Of a stretch of DNA of 64,000 bases, positions 29,005 through 38,150 are shown piece after piece (position 1 is the stretch's first letter; each line of letters begins with the position of its first letter). The DNA is taken from NCBI GenBank assembly GCA_003447235.1, contig DLZV01000008.1, forward strand, positions 59,612-123,611. Reading direction: 5' to 3'. Origin of the DNA: Prevotella sp. GTDB taxonomy: Bacteria > Bacteroidota > Bacteroidia > Bacteroidales > Bacteroidaceae. The translations under genes and the position numbers were made by a program. A model generated the notes under the pieces. It did no database searches. It worked only from the letters and a program-made list of their open reading frames with translations, and was not told the DNA's origin.

Positions 29005-29350
29005 TCGTGGCCAGGACCGCTCCGACCACGTCGGCAAGAAGGTCGAGCCACTCGCCACTGCGACGTCCACCTGTGCAGTAGGCTTGAAGCAACTCTATAA
29101 GGCCACCCATCAACGAGGGTAGCAATCCGACATAGACGAATAGCGACCAACTACTCGCCTGTGGGTGGTGTGCGCGCTCATATTCGAAAGCGATGACGAG
29201 ACCCAATCCCAAATACATGGCTGTGTGCGTCCATTTGTCTATCAACTGCACATGGCTCAACGGAGTTTCGGGAATGGGCATGAAACACAAGACCCAGATG
29301 ACAATCAGTAGGACTGTGGTCAACTTGTAAGTTTTAATCAATTGCAGCAT
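28964..29350 (-). CDS. VanZ-like small membrane protein
   Basis: 128 aa with 3-4 predicted transmembrane helices, and D/H residues in a short loop (DKWTHTAMY) as in VanZ-family proteins. Its 3' end overlaps the CYTH gene by 41 nt in a convergent arrangement. Confidence 0.5.
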   Translation of the reverse strand: MLQLIKTYKLTTVLLIVIWVLCFMPIPETPLSHVQLIDKWTHTAMYLGLGLVIAFEYERAHHPQASSWSLFVYVGLLPSLMGGLIELLQAYCTGGRRSGEWLDLLADVVGAVLATIIGMLWARWRASS

Positions 29351-29557
29351 TTCTTCCTTGGTTTAGTGGGCCACCAAAAGCCCCACAGTTTTTCTTGATT
29401 CACATCTCCTATATGTGCGAAGGCCTCTTGTGGCAGAATTGGTCATAAAACCATATAGGATAACCTTGGCATAAGGCCGACCAAACAAGACCACCCTTAT
29501 TCCAGAGACAAGGCGGTCTCCTATTATATATATAAGGAGAGCCTCCAACTAAGAAAA

Positions 29558-29596
29558 CAGGAGGCATACTTCCTGATAAAAGGTGTATGCCTCCTG
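29558..29596 (-). terminator. Rho-independent terminator downstream of rpmH (possibly bidirectional)
   Basis: 12-bp perfect stem CAGGAGGCATAC-(15 nt)-GTATGCCTCCTG. The minus strand continues GTTTTCTTAG and the plus strand CTTTCGCC. A second small palindrome CCGCATcATGCGG lies at 29611..29623. Confidence 0.65.
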
Positions 29597-29633
29597 CTTT
29601 CGCCGTATTTCCGCATCATGCGGAACAAACGGT

Positions 29634-29788
29634 TTACTTTCCGTGATTCTCGTCAGAAACAGTGAGCTTCTTACGACCCTTGGCGCGACGGGCGGCCAAG
29701 ACGCGACGACCATTCTTCGTGGCCATTCTCTCACGGAAGCCGTGCTTGTTCACGCGACGGCGATTGTGGGGCTGGAACGTTCTTTTCA
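29634..29788 (-). pseudogene. rpmH: 50S ribosomal protein L34 gene with an apparent 1-nt frameshift in a G/C homopolymer
   Basis: ATG at 29788(-) encodes MKRTFQP, the universal L34 N-terminus, then reaches TGA after 12 codons. The rest of L34 ([42 protein letters not shown]) is in the -1 frame with no start codon. The shift maps to GGGG at 29767..29770. The plus-strand ORF 29662..29886 in the track confirms my reading of the bases. Confidence 0.7.
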
Positions 29789-29997
29789 TTTTGCTTTATC
29801 TTTTTATTGTTATTATCGTTACAACGCTTTGCGGGAAAGGCGAGGCCACTCCCGTTACGGCCTGCAAAATTACGGATTCTTTTTGAAATGACCAAGGATT
29901 CAGCGAGTTTTAGCCATTCAATTCATGATTTTTCACCAAAAACCCACGCCATCAGCGCCTTTTCCACCCGCAAAAGAGAATAAAAAACCCGAAACGC

Positions 29998-30028
29998 TTT
30001 GTCATTCAACTGATTTACTGTAACTTTG
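29998..30028 (+). promoter_or_regulatory. Candidate Bacteroidetes sigma-A promoter of efp (-33 TTTG / -7 TAACTTTG)
   Basis: TTTG at 29998..30001 and TAACTTTG at 30021..30028 with ~19-bp spacing. This is about 85 nt upstream of the efp ATG. Confidence 0.4.
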
Positions 30029-30112
30029 CAACCGCTTAGCAACGCCTTCTTCCAAAGGCGTTGCGGGCAGAAAGAAGCAATATAATTAAGAACAATATAT
30101 CAAAGCAGAATT

Positions 30113-30679
30113 ATGATTAATTCACAGGAAATCAAAATCGGAACATGCATCCGCATGGATGGCAAGATTTGGACTTGTATCGACTTCCAGCACCGCAAGC
30201 CGGGCAAGGGAAACACGGTCATGATCACGAAGTTGAAGAACGTCAGCGACGGTCGTGTGCTGGAGCGTACCTTCCAGATTGGCTTCAAGTTGGAGGATGT
30301 GCGCGTGGAGCGTCGCCCCTGGCAGTACCTCTACGAGGACCCCACGGGCATGATCTTCATGAACCAGGAGACTTTTGAGCAGATTCCTATCGCACGCCAC
30401 CAGATCCAGGGCGCCGACTACATGAAGGAAGGCGATGTCGTGGAGGTCGTCACCGATACGTCTGACGGCACGGTGCTGTTGGCCGAGATGCCTGCCAAGA
30501 CCACGCTGAAGATCACACAGTCTGAGCCGGGCGTGAAGGGCAACACCGCCACCAACGCCACCAAGCCTGCCACGTTGGAGACGGGTGCTGTAGTCCGTGT
30601 GCCGCTCTTCATCAACGAGGGCGAGACCATCCAGGTTGACACGCGCGACGGAAGCTACCTCGGCCGCGTCAACGCATAA
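30113..30679 (+). CDS. efp: Elongation factor P
   Basis: 188 aa. N-terminal KOW-like domain with the conserved loop (QHRKPGKGNTVMITKLKNVSDG) and three-domain length. Confidence 0.95.
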   Translation: MINSQEIKIGTCIRMDGKIWTCIDFQHRKPGKGNTVMITKLKNVSDGRVLERTFQIGFKLEDVRVERRPWQYLYEDPTGMIFMNQETFEQIPIARHQIQGADYMKEGDVVEVVTDTSDGTVLLAEMPAKTTLKITQSEPGVKGNTATNATKPATLETGAVVRVPLFINEGETIQVDTRDGSYLGRVNA

Positions 30680-30706
30680 GATTCGAATCAATAGACATAG
30701 CCCTAT

Positions 30707-30756
30707 GCGCCTGCCATCTGCAGGTGCGAGGGCTATATTTTTTTTGTACCAAGCAT
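30707..30756 (+). terminator. Rho-independent terminator after efp
   Basis: Stem CATAGCCCT-(24 nt)-AGGGCTAT followed by ATTTTTTTTG. Confidence 0.7.
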
Positions 30757-30779
30757 CACATCATTGGCCCTTGCAACCC

Positions 30780-31829
30780 ATGAGATACAGCATCATCGTA
30801 CCCGTTTACAACCGTCCTGACGAGGTCAACGAGCTTCTGGAAAGCCTCACCCGCCAGGAAGAGAAGGATTTTGAAGTCGTCATCGTAGAAGACGGCTCGA
30901 AGACTCCGTGCCAAAAGGTCTGCGACCAATATGCCGGACGGCTCGACCTGCACTATTTCATGAAACCTAACTCCGGACCCGGACAAAGCAGAAACTACGG
31001 TGCGGAGCGTGCCAAGGGCAACTACCTGCTCATCCTCGACAGCGACGTGGTGCTTCCCGAGGGCTACCTCACAGCCATATCGAAAGAACTGGACCGCGAG
31101 CCTGCCGATGCCTTTGGCGGGCCCGATTGCGCACACAGCTCTTTCACACCGACGCAGAAAGCCATTTCCTACAGCATGACCTCGTTCTTCACCACAGGTG
31201 GCATCCGGGGCGGAAAGAAGAAACTCGACAAGTTCTACCCCCGATCGTTCAACATGGGCGTACGGCGCGAGGCCTACCAACAACTGGGAGGCTTCTCAAA
31301 GATGCGATTCGGCGAAGATATCGACTTCTCCATCCGTATCTTCCAGGCGGGACTGCGCTGCCGCTTGTTTCCCGAGGCGTGGGTATGGCACAAACGACGC
31401 ACCGACTTCCGTAAGTTCTGGCGACAGGTCTTCAACAGCGGAATTGCACGAATCAATCTCTACAAGAAATATCCCGACTCTCTAAAGATCGTCCACCTTC
31501 TGCCCGCGGTCTTCACGGCAGGTGTCATCGCCCTGGCCTTGCTCTTCATAGCGGGCGTGATAGTCTATGGACTGGCTACCAACGAAGAGACACGAAGTCT
31601 TGGAACATGCGCCATGGGGATTGCGGCAGCACCCATCTTACTCTATTCACTGCTCATCCTCGCCGACTCGACACTGCAAAACCGCAGTCCGCGCATCGGC
31701 GTACTGAGCATCTGCGCAGCTTTCGTGCAGCTTACGGGCTACGGATGCGGCTTCTTCAAAGCATGGTGGCGGCGCTGTGTCTGCGGCAAGGACGAATTTC
31801 AGGCTTACGAGAAGACGTTCTACAAATGA
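30780..31829 (+). CDS. Family 2 glycosyltransferase with C-terminal membrane helices
   Basis: The ORF is 30597..31829. The likely start is MRYSIIVPVYNRPDEVNELLESL at 30780. GT-A fold motifs are present (IIVPVYN, acidic DxD-type motif VIVEDGS and ILDSD), and the C-terminal ~120 aa are hydrophobic. Confidence 0.8.
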   Translation: MRYSIIVPVYNRPDEVNELLESLTRQEEKDFEVVIVEDGSKTPCQKVCDQYAGRLDLHYFMKPNSGPGQSRNYGAERAKGNYLLILDSDVVLPEGYLTAISKELDREPADAFGGPDCAHSSFTPTQKAISYSMTSFFTTGGIRGGKKKLDKFYPRSFNMGVRREAYQQLGGFSKMRFGEDIDFSIRIFQAGLRCRLFPEAWVWHKRRTDFRKFWRQVFNSGIARINLYKKYPDSLKIVHLLPAVFTAGVIALALLFIAGVIVYGLATNEETRSLGTCAMGIAAAPILLYSLLILADSTLQNRSPRIGVLSICAAFVQLTGYGCGFFKAWWRRCVCGKDEFQAYEKTFYK

Positions 31830-32518
31830 GCAACGGCAAACTGAACATCAACGACTGGGCGGAGGAAGACCGCCCACGCGAACGTTTGGAGCGACTGGGA
31901 GCCGAATGGCTGTCCAATGCGGAACTGCTGGCCATCTTGATCGGTTCAGGCAATGCACACCAGACAGCGGTCGATCTGATGAAACAGGTGCTCGGCGACT
32001 GCAACAACAACCTCAACACACTGGGAAAACTGTCCATCAAGGACTTGGAGAGATACAACGGTATCGGACCAGCCAAGGCCATCACAATCCTTGCGGCGTG
32101 CGAACTGGGCAAACGACGAGCCAAAGAGAAGGCAGAAGAGCGAAAAGACCTGGGATCGGCGACGGCCATCTACAATTTTATGCACCCACAAATGCAGGAC
32201 CTTGACGTGGAGGAAGGATGGGTGCTATTGATGAACCAGCATTTCAAACTGATCGAAGCAAAACGCATCTCGTTTGGTGGATTTACCGAGACCGCCATTG
32301 ACGTGCGCGTCATCCTGCGCGAGGCAATTCTAAAAAACGCCACCATACTTGCCATCTGCCACAACCACCCCAGCGGCAACGCCGTACCAAGCCGAGCCGA
32401 CGACCAACTGACACAACGGGTACAAAAGGCATGTGAGGTGATGCGCATCCATTTCCTCGACCATATCATCGTCTGCGACGGCCACTATTTCAGCTATAAC
32501 GAGCAGGGCAGACTTTAA
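31826..32518 (+). CDS. radC: RadC-family JAB/MPN domain protein
   Basis: ATG at 31826 overlaps the GT2 stop as ATGA. N-terminal helix-hairpin-helix (ELLAILIGSG) and a C-terminal JAMM motif (HNHPSGNAVPSRADDQLT). Confidence 0.85.
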   Translation: MSNGKLNINDWAEEDRPRERLERLGAEWLSNAELLAILIGSGNAHQTAVDLMKQVLGDCNNNLNTLGKLSIKDLERYNGIGPAKAITILAACELGKRRAKEKAEERKDLGSATAIYNFMHPQMQDLDVEEGWVLLMNQHFKLIEAKRISFGGFTETAIDVRVILREAILKNATILAICHNHPSGNAVPSRADDQLTQRVQKACEVMRIHFLDHIIVCDGHYFSYNEQGRL

Positions 32519-32766
32519 CCACTACCCTCAAAATGCCTCCCCACCCCACACGCCCCCTTACTGTATACGAACGCTTCCACCTCCGACCATCGCTCTTACA
32601 AAACGACGTAACATCAACCCCGACAGGTGTCACCATCAACCTAAAGACGACAAATAGATGCGCATTTTGTTTCCAAATTCTTAAATTAACATACACTATT
32701 AAAACAAAAACAAAAAAAGCACAAACAGGACACATAGAATCACATATTTTTCTTAACTTTGTGGGC

Positions 32767-33090
32767 ATGAAGATGGATATTGACCAAATCAAACAAACAA
32801 TTTACGACATTGTCGTATGCATCCCTGAAGGCTGTGTGACCACTTATAGCGATGTGGCCCGGTTTGCTGGGATGCCCAATCATGCGCGTGTGGTCGGTAA
32901 AATCCTTCGCGAGACACCCCAAGACCTTGCTATCCCCTGCCATCGCGTGGTAGGTTCAGGAGGCCGGCTGGCCTCGCAACCATCAGACCAACGCAAACTA
33001 CTCGAAGAGGAGGGCGTGCCTTTCCTTAAAAGCGGGCGTGTCGATATGCGCAATGCCTATTGGGATTACAACTCGCTGATACGGTTCTAA
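32767..33090 (+). CDS. MGMT-family protein (methylated-DNA-protein-cysteine methyltransferase DNA-binding domain-like)
   Basis: ~107 aa. The PCHRVV active-site-like motif is present, along with VIPEGCVTTYSDVA. The short length suggests an Atl/Ogt C-terminal-domain-only protein. Confidence 0.7.
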   Translation: MKMDIDQIKQTIYDIVVCIPEGCVTTYSDVARFAGMPNHARVVGKILRETPQDLAIPCHRVVGSGGRLASQPSDQRKLLEEEGVPFLKSGRVDMRNAYWDYNSLIRF

Positions 33091-33302
33091 GTTCCACGTT
33101 TCGACTTACAAAATCCAAAGACCATTTGCCCACAAAGGGGAAAAACGACGGCATACGGCTCGTTATCACGCCTTTCTCTTTGCCATATCTCATATTTTTC
33201 TTACTTTTGCAAGTCAATAAGCGCATGATCCTTTCCATCCCCAAGGGAAGGGGCGGCTAAAAGGCCGCAGCCGAGGGAGGGAGCGCAAAAACCAAGACAG
33301 CA

Positions 33303-34745
33303 ATGGCAAGTTTGAAAAGTTTGGCTAAGGACACGGCCATCTATGGGCTGAGCAGCATCGTGGGACGTTTTCTCAACTACCTGCTCGTACCCCTCTACAC
33401 GGCAAAGATGAGCGCCGAGAGCGGCGGCTACGGCGTCATCACCAATATGTATGCCTACACCGCACTGCTGCTCGTCATCCTCACCTACGGTATGGAGACC
33501 ACCTTCTTCCGCTACGCCAACAAGGAGGGGGAGGATGCGCGACGCGTCTATTCGACAACCTTATGGATGGTGGCGGCGACCAGTGCGATCTTCGTACTGC
33601 TCGTGCTGGCATTCATCCACCCGATTAGTTCCTTCATGGGGTATGCTGACCACCCCAGCTACGTCTGGGTGATGGCAGCAACGGTGGCTCTCGATGCATT
33701 CCAATGCATTCCCTTCGCCTACCTGCGCTATCAGAAGCGGCCCATCAAGTTTGCCTCGCTCAAACTGCTTTTCATCGTACTCAACATCGCACTCAACCTC
33801 CTCTACTACGTCATTCTCGGCGGTACAGAGGTGGGCTACGCCTTCTATATCAACCTGGCCTGCACTGGATCTATCACATTCTGCTTCTGGCAGGAGCTGC
33901 GCGGCTTCGCAGCGGGTTTCGATCGAGGGCTGATGCGACGGATGCTCACCTACGCATGGCCGATTCTCATCCTCGGCATTGCTGGCATTCTCAACCAGAC
34001 GGCAGACAAGATTCTCTTTCCCTATCTCTACAAGGCGGGTAATGCCCATTCGGAACTGGGCATCTATGGTGCAGCCTCGAAGGTGGCGATGATTATGGCA
34101 ATGATCACACAGGCATTCCGCTACGCCTATGAACCTTTCGTCTTCGGAAAGTCGAAGGATAAGGACAACCTCGACACCTATGCCAAGGCGATGAAGTATT
34201 TCCTCATCTTCACCCTGCTGGCCTTCCTCTGCGTGGTGGGCTATATGGACATATTGCGCCACATCATCGGGCGCGACTACTGGCCTGGACTGCGGGTCGT
34301 GCCGATCGTGATGGCGGCAGAGATCATGATGGGTATTTACTTCAACCTTAGCTTCTGGTATAAATTGATTGACAAAACGATATGGGGTGCGGTGTTCTCG
34401 GGGGCAGGATGTCTGGTACTGATAGGCGTAAATGTCGTGTTTGTGCCGCAATACAGCTACATGGCGTGTGCCTGGGCAGGCTTTGCGGGCTATGCCACAG
34501 CCATGATCCTCTCCTATTTTGTCGGTCAGCGCAAATTCCCCATCAATTACCCCATCGGACAGATGATGGTCTATGTCGGCCTGGCCGTAGTCCTCTTTGC
34601 GGCAATGAACTGGGCCAACAATACCTTGGGAACGGTGGCGGCCCTCGGCGTCAACACATTGCTCATCGGCATCTTCGTAGCCTACACGGTGATGAAAGAT
34701 CTGCGTCACGCACGCAAACCCATTCACACGAACAAAAAACAATAG
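33303..34745 (+). CDS. Polysaccharide/oligosaccharide flippase (Wzx/MOP-superfamily) membrane protein
   Basis: 480 aa, with ~12-14 hydrophobic helices throughout. This is the typical Bacteroidales 'lipopolysaccharide biosynthesis protein' flippase architecture. Confidence 0.75.
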   Translation: MASLKSLAKDTAIYGLSSIVGRFLNYLLVPLYTAKMSAESGGYGVITNMYAYTALLLVILTYGMETTFFRYANKEGEDARRVYSTTLWMVAATSAIFVLLVLAFIHPISSFMGYADHPSYVWVMAATVALDAFQCIPFAYLRYQKRPIKFASLKLLFIVLNIALNLLYYVILGGTEVGYAFYINLACTGSITFCFWQELRGFAAGFDRGLMRRMLTYAWPILILGIAGILNQTADKILFPYLYKAGNAHSELGIYGAASKVAMIMAMITQAFRYAYEPFVFGKSKDKDNLDTYAKAMKYFLIFTLLAFLCVVGYMDILRHIIGRDYWPGLRVVPIVMAAEIMMGIYFNLSFWYKLIDKTIWGAVFSGAGCLVLIGVNVVFVPQYSYMACAWAGFAGYATAMILSYFVGQRKFPINYPIGQMMVYVGLAVVLFAAMNWANNTLGTVAALGVNTLLIGIFVAYTVMKDLRHARKPIHTNKKQ

Positions 34746-34749
34746 AATC

Positions 34750-35937
34750 ATGAAGATAGACAAGCGCGAACATCGCTTCGCAGGCATCCTCTCGCTCTTC
34801 GCCCTACTGCTTCTGGCAAGTTGTACGGGGGAGCAATTCCACGTTTCGGGAACGATTGGCAACGCCAAGGACTCGACGCTCTACTTCGAGCACAACACGC
34901 TCGACGGATTCAAGGTAGTGGACTCCGTGAAGTTGGACGACAAGGGGCAGTTTGCCTTTGCCGGCGACAAGGCCAACAACCCAGAGTTTTACCGTCTGCG
35001 CATTGCCGGACAAATTATCAACATCGGTATTGACTCGACAGAGACGGTACAACTGGAGGCCTCCTACCCAATGATGGCCACCAACTACAAGGTGGAAAAC
35101 TCCTATGAGAACGAGAAAATACGCGAACTGGCCCTGAAGCAAATCGCCCTGCAAGCACAATGCAACCAGCTTGTCATGAGCGACACGGGCAACGTGGATG
35201 CTGCCATCGACCTGCTGATACGAACCTATAAGGACGACGTGATGCGCAACTACATTTTCAAGGAGCCGATGCGGGGCTATGCTTACTTCGCTCTCTTCCA
35301 GTATGTGGTCATCAACGGCAATCCCATCATGATCTTCAACCCACGCATGGATGCCACAGACAACAAAGTCTTCGGCGCAGTCGCCACCTCGTGGGACACA
35401 TTCTACCCGAACACGGAGCGCACACAGAACCTGCACAACATCACGCTCAAGGGCATGAAGGACGAGCGCATCGTGGAAAACAACAAGCGGACCATGGCGG
35501 CAGAGACCGCCAAGGTGCAGGAACTCGGCGTGATTCCCATCACACTGCCCGACAACCACGGACAGCAGCAGAGCCTCACCTCGCTCAAAGGCAAGGTAGT
35601 GATGCTCGACTTCCATGTCTTCGGATCGAAAGAGTCAGCACAACGCATCATGGTCTTGCGACAATTGTATGACAAGTATCACGCTCAGGGCTTCGAAATC
35701 TACCAGGTCAGCTACGATACCAACGAGCATTTCTTCAAGACTCAGACGGAATCGCTGCCTTGGATCTGTGTATGGGATCCAGAAGGAGGCGACTCGCAGA
35801 CGCTCGTAAGCTATAACATCCAAAGCATCCCGACCTACTTCATCATCGACCGCAACAATCAGCTGCAGAAGCGCGATGTGCAGATCCAGGACTTGGATGC
35901 GGAGATCCAGCACTGGCTGGGACAGGGGGCGCAGTAA
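34750..35937 (+). CDS. DUF4369-type lipoprotein with C-terminal thioredoxin-like (TlpA-like) domain lacking the CxxC active site
   Basis: 395 aa with a lipoprotein signal (LLLASC). The C-terminal TlpA/AhpC-like fold is present (KGKVVMLDFHVFGSKESAQRIMVLRQLYDKYHAQGFEIYQVSYD), but FGSKES replaces the usual WCGPC. Confidence 0.65.
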   Translation: MKIDKREHRFAGILSLFALLLLASCTGEQFHVSGTIGNAKDSTLYFEHNTLDGFKVVDSVKLDDKGQFAFAGDKANNPEFYRLRIAGQIINIGIDSTETVQLEASYPMMATNYKVENSYENEKIRELALKQIALQAQCNQLVMSDTGNVDAAIDLLIRTYKDDVMRNYIFKEPMRGYAYFALFQYVVINGNPIMIFNPRMDATDNKVFGAVATSWDTFYPNTERTQNLHNITLKGMKDERIVENNKRTMAAETAKVQELGVIPITLPDNHGQQQSLTSLKGKVVMLDFHVFGSKESAQRIMVLRQLYDKYHAQGFEIYQVSYDTNEHFFKTQTESLPWICVWDPEGGDSQTLVSYNIQSIPTYFIIDRNNQLQKRDVQIQDLDAEIQHWLGQGAQ

Positions 35938-35961
35938 AACAAAGACAAGGAGGAAAACGAT

Positions 35962-37302
35962 ATGGACTGGCTTCGACTCATTTCCAACAAGCGGCTGGGA
36001 CAGGAAACGCGCCACCCGCTACGCCATGACGACCGATCGGAGTTTAAGCGCGACGGCGACCGACTGATCTATTCGGCTCCGTTTCGACGTTTGCAGAACA
36101 AGACGCAGGTCTTCCCGCTCCCAGGGTCGGTCTTTGTCCACAACCGATTGACCCACTCCTTGGAGGTATCATCGCTGGGAAAGTCGCTGGGCGACGACGT
36201 GGCACGCATCCTCACGGATCGACACCCACACCTCCGCGGGACACTTTTCGAGGAGATTGGTACGATAGTGCAGACTGCAGGACTTGCCCACGATATGGGC
36301 AATCCTCCTTTCGGACATAGTGGCGAGCAAGCGATACAGAGTTTCTTCACAGAAGGACCTGGCAGCGACCTGAAGAAAAAGGTGAGCGCGCGCTTCTGGG
36401 ATGACATCACCCACTTCGAGGGCAATGCCAACGCCTTCCGCCTGCTTACTCACCAGTTTCAGGGTCGTCGTTTCGGTGGATTCGTCATGACCTATTCGAC
36501 ATTGGCGGCTATCGTCAAATACCCGTTCAGTTCCAATTTGGCAGGCTCGCACGGCAAGTTTGGCTTCTTCGAATCAGAGCGCGAGGACTTCGAGCGCATT
36601 GCTGAGGACCTCGGCATGCGCTGCTTGGAGCACGGCGAAGGTACTTCCGTCCGCTATGCGCGTCATCCGTTGGTGTTTCTGATGGAAGCTGCAGACGACA
36701 TCTGCTATGAGATCATGGATATCGAGGATGCCCACAAACTACACCTATTATCGTTTGAGGAGACTGCCGACCTACTCCTGGGCTTCTTTGATGAGCGAGA
36801 AAGACAAGGCATTCGCCAGCGTCTGATAGAGGAGGAGGTGACAGACGAAAACGAGCAGGTAGTGTATATGCGTGCCTGTGCAGTCGGTGCTTTGGAACGG
36901 GAATGCGTACAGGCGTTTGTCAATCACGAGGAAGAGATACTTGAAGGATCCTTTCAAGGACCGCTCGTCAGACATATCAACGAACTCCAACGCCAAGCGT
37001 ACTGCCGTTGCTCTGAGGTGTCGAAGGCCAAAATATACCGCTCCAAACCAGTTCTCGACGTGGAACTGTCGGGCTATAAGATCATGGAGACCCTCATGGA
37101 AGCCCTAATCAATGCGGCAGTAGAGCCAGAGAAATATCACAGCCAGCAACTCATCCGTCGCTTTTCGAGCCAGTACGACATCCACAACCCGTCGCTGGAG
37201 AAACGCGTCATGGCCGTCATCGACTATATCAGTGGCATGACGGATGTCTATGCGCTCGACATCTATCAGAAAATCAATGGCATCAGTTTGCCGATAGTAT
37301 AG
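35962..37302 (+). CDS. dgt: dGTP triphosphohydrolase-like HD-domain protein
   Basis: 446 aa with HD-domain metal ligands (RLTHSLEVSSLGKSLG, HDMGNPPFGHSGE, EAADDICYEIMDIEDA). The length and architecture match Dgt-type dNTPases. Confidence 0.85.
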   Translation: MDWLRLISNKRLGQETRHPLRHDDRSEFKRDGDRLIYSAPFRRLQNKTQVFPLPGSVFVHNRLTHSLEVSSLGKSLGDDVARILTDRHPHLRGTLFEEIGTIVQTAGLAHDMGNPPFGHSGEQAIQSFFTEGPGSDLKKKVSARFWDDITHFEGNANAFRLLTHQFQGRRFGGFVMTYSTLAAIVKYPFSSNLAGSHGKFGFFESEREDFERIAEDLGMRCLEHGEGTSVRYARHPLVFLMEAADDICYEIMDIEDAHKLHLLSFEETADLLLGFFDERERQGIRQRLIEEEVTDENEQVVYMRACAVGALERECVQAFVNHEEEILEGSFQGPLVRHINELQRQAYCRCSEVSKAKIYRSKPVLDVELSGYKIMETLMEALINAAVEPEKYHSQQLIRRFSSQYDIHNPSLEKRVMAVIDYISGMTDVYALDIYQKINGISLPIV

Positions 37303-37412
37303 AATCAGCGTTAGCCTTGCGGGCTATCGCTTGCTGACAAGCGCAATAAAACATCCTGAGGGGCACGACTTCGGAAAGAAGTCGCGTCGATAGTAGTTAG
37401 TGAAAGGGGTGG

Positions 37413-38072
37413 TTATTGTATTTCCAAGAGGCGTTCTCCTTGTGTGGTTGCCACACGGAGGCACACCTTGCCAACCTCGTGAAGCACTGCTGCAGGTACG
37501 CTGACGCACGCATCCTGAGAATAATAGTCGGGCACGTCGTTCTGGTCATGTGCTAAAGTGAGCCAACAACAGCGTGTGCCATCAGCAAGGGTGGTGACAG
37601 AATCGCGCACGATCCCTATCTTTTGTTGCGTAGGAGCATTTTCCTTGCGTCCCACCTTGATCGTGAGCACCAGGTTAAGATAGCGCTTGTCAGCCGAAAA
37701 CCATGCTCGTGCATTGCCAATAGGGTCTTTCTTGACCGCCATTCCTTCTTTCCGATCCACGACGCCGGCCATCAAGACGGGAGTAAGGCCTTTGACGCTG
37801 GTCACTCCTTCGACCACCTGCCCATGGTAGAGCAAAGCACGACAAGTGGTGTCGGCTTTCTGCTTCAGCCATTGAGCCTGATAAGGAGGGGAAAAGGTGA
37901 GCCGCTGCCCGCCATCGGTGACGGCATAGGCCACCAATCCGTTGCCATTGGTCGTCACATCGGCCCATTCAGCAGAAAGATAAGACAACGGAGTGTCACC
38001 ACTATCATAGGAATCGGTTGTGCAAGCAGCCAGCAGGGCAGACCATATCGCCACAAAGATTATCTTTCTCAT
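37413..38072 (-). CDS. Hypothetical lipoprotein
   Basis: 219 aa with a lipoprotein signal (ALLAAC). No catalytic motif. It may be a NigD-like lipoprotein, but I cannot verify that. Confidence 0.45.
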   Translation of the reverse strand: MRKIIFVAIWSALLAACTTDSYDSGDTPLSYLSAEWADVTTNGNGLVAYAVTDGGQRLTFSPPYQAQWLKQKADTTCRALLYHGQVVEGVTSVKGLTPVLMAGVVDRKEGMAVKKDPIGNARAWFSADKRYLNLVLTIKVGRKENAPTQQKIGIVRDSVTTLADGTRCCWLTLAHDQNDVPDYYSQDACVSVPAAVLHEVGKVCLRVATTQGERLLEIQ

Positions 38073-38150
38073 CCGCAGTAACCTTGATTAGTTTCCACCC
38101 TACTCACACCATTCGCTTTTCTTTCTCTCTATTCCTTTGCTGTCACAGGA

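Noticed and set aside
35962-37302. dGTPase as an anti-phage nucleotide-depletion defence gene.
   Set aside because: It has the canonical housekeeping Dgt length and motifs. It sits among envelope-biogenesis genes with no partner defence genes, mobile-element signatures or compositional anomaly.
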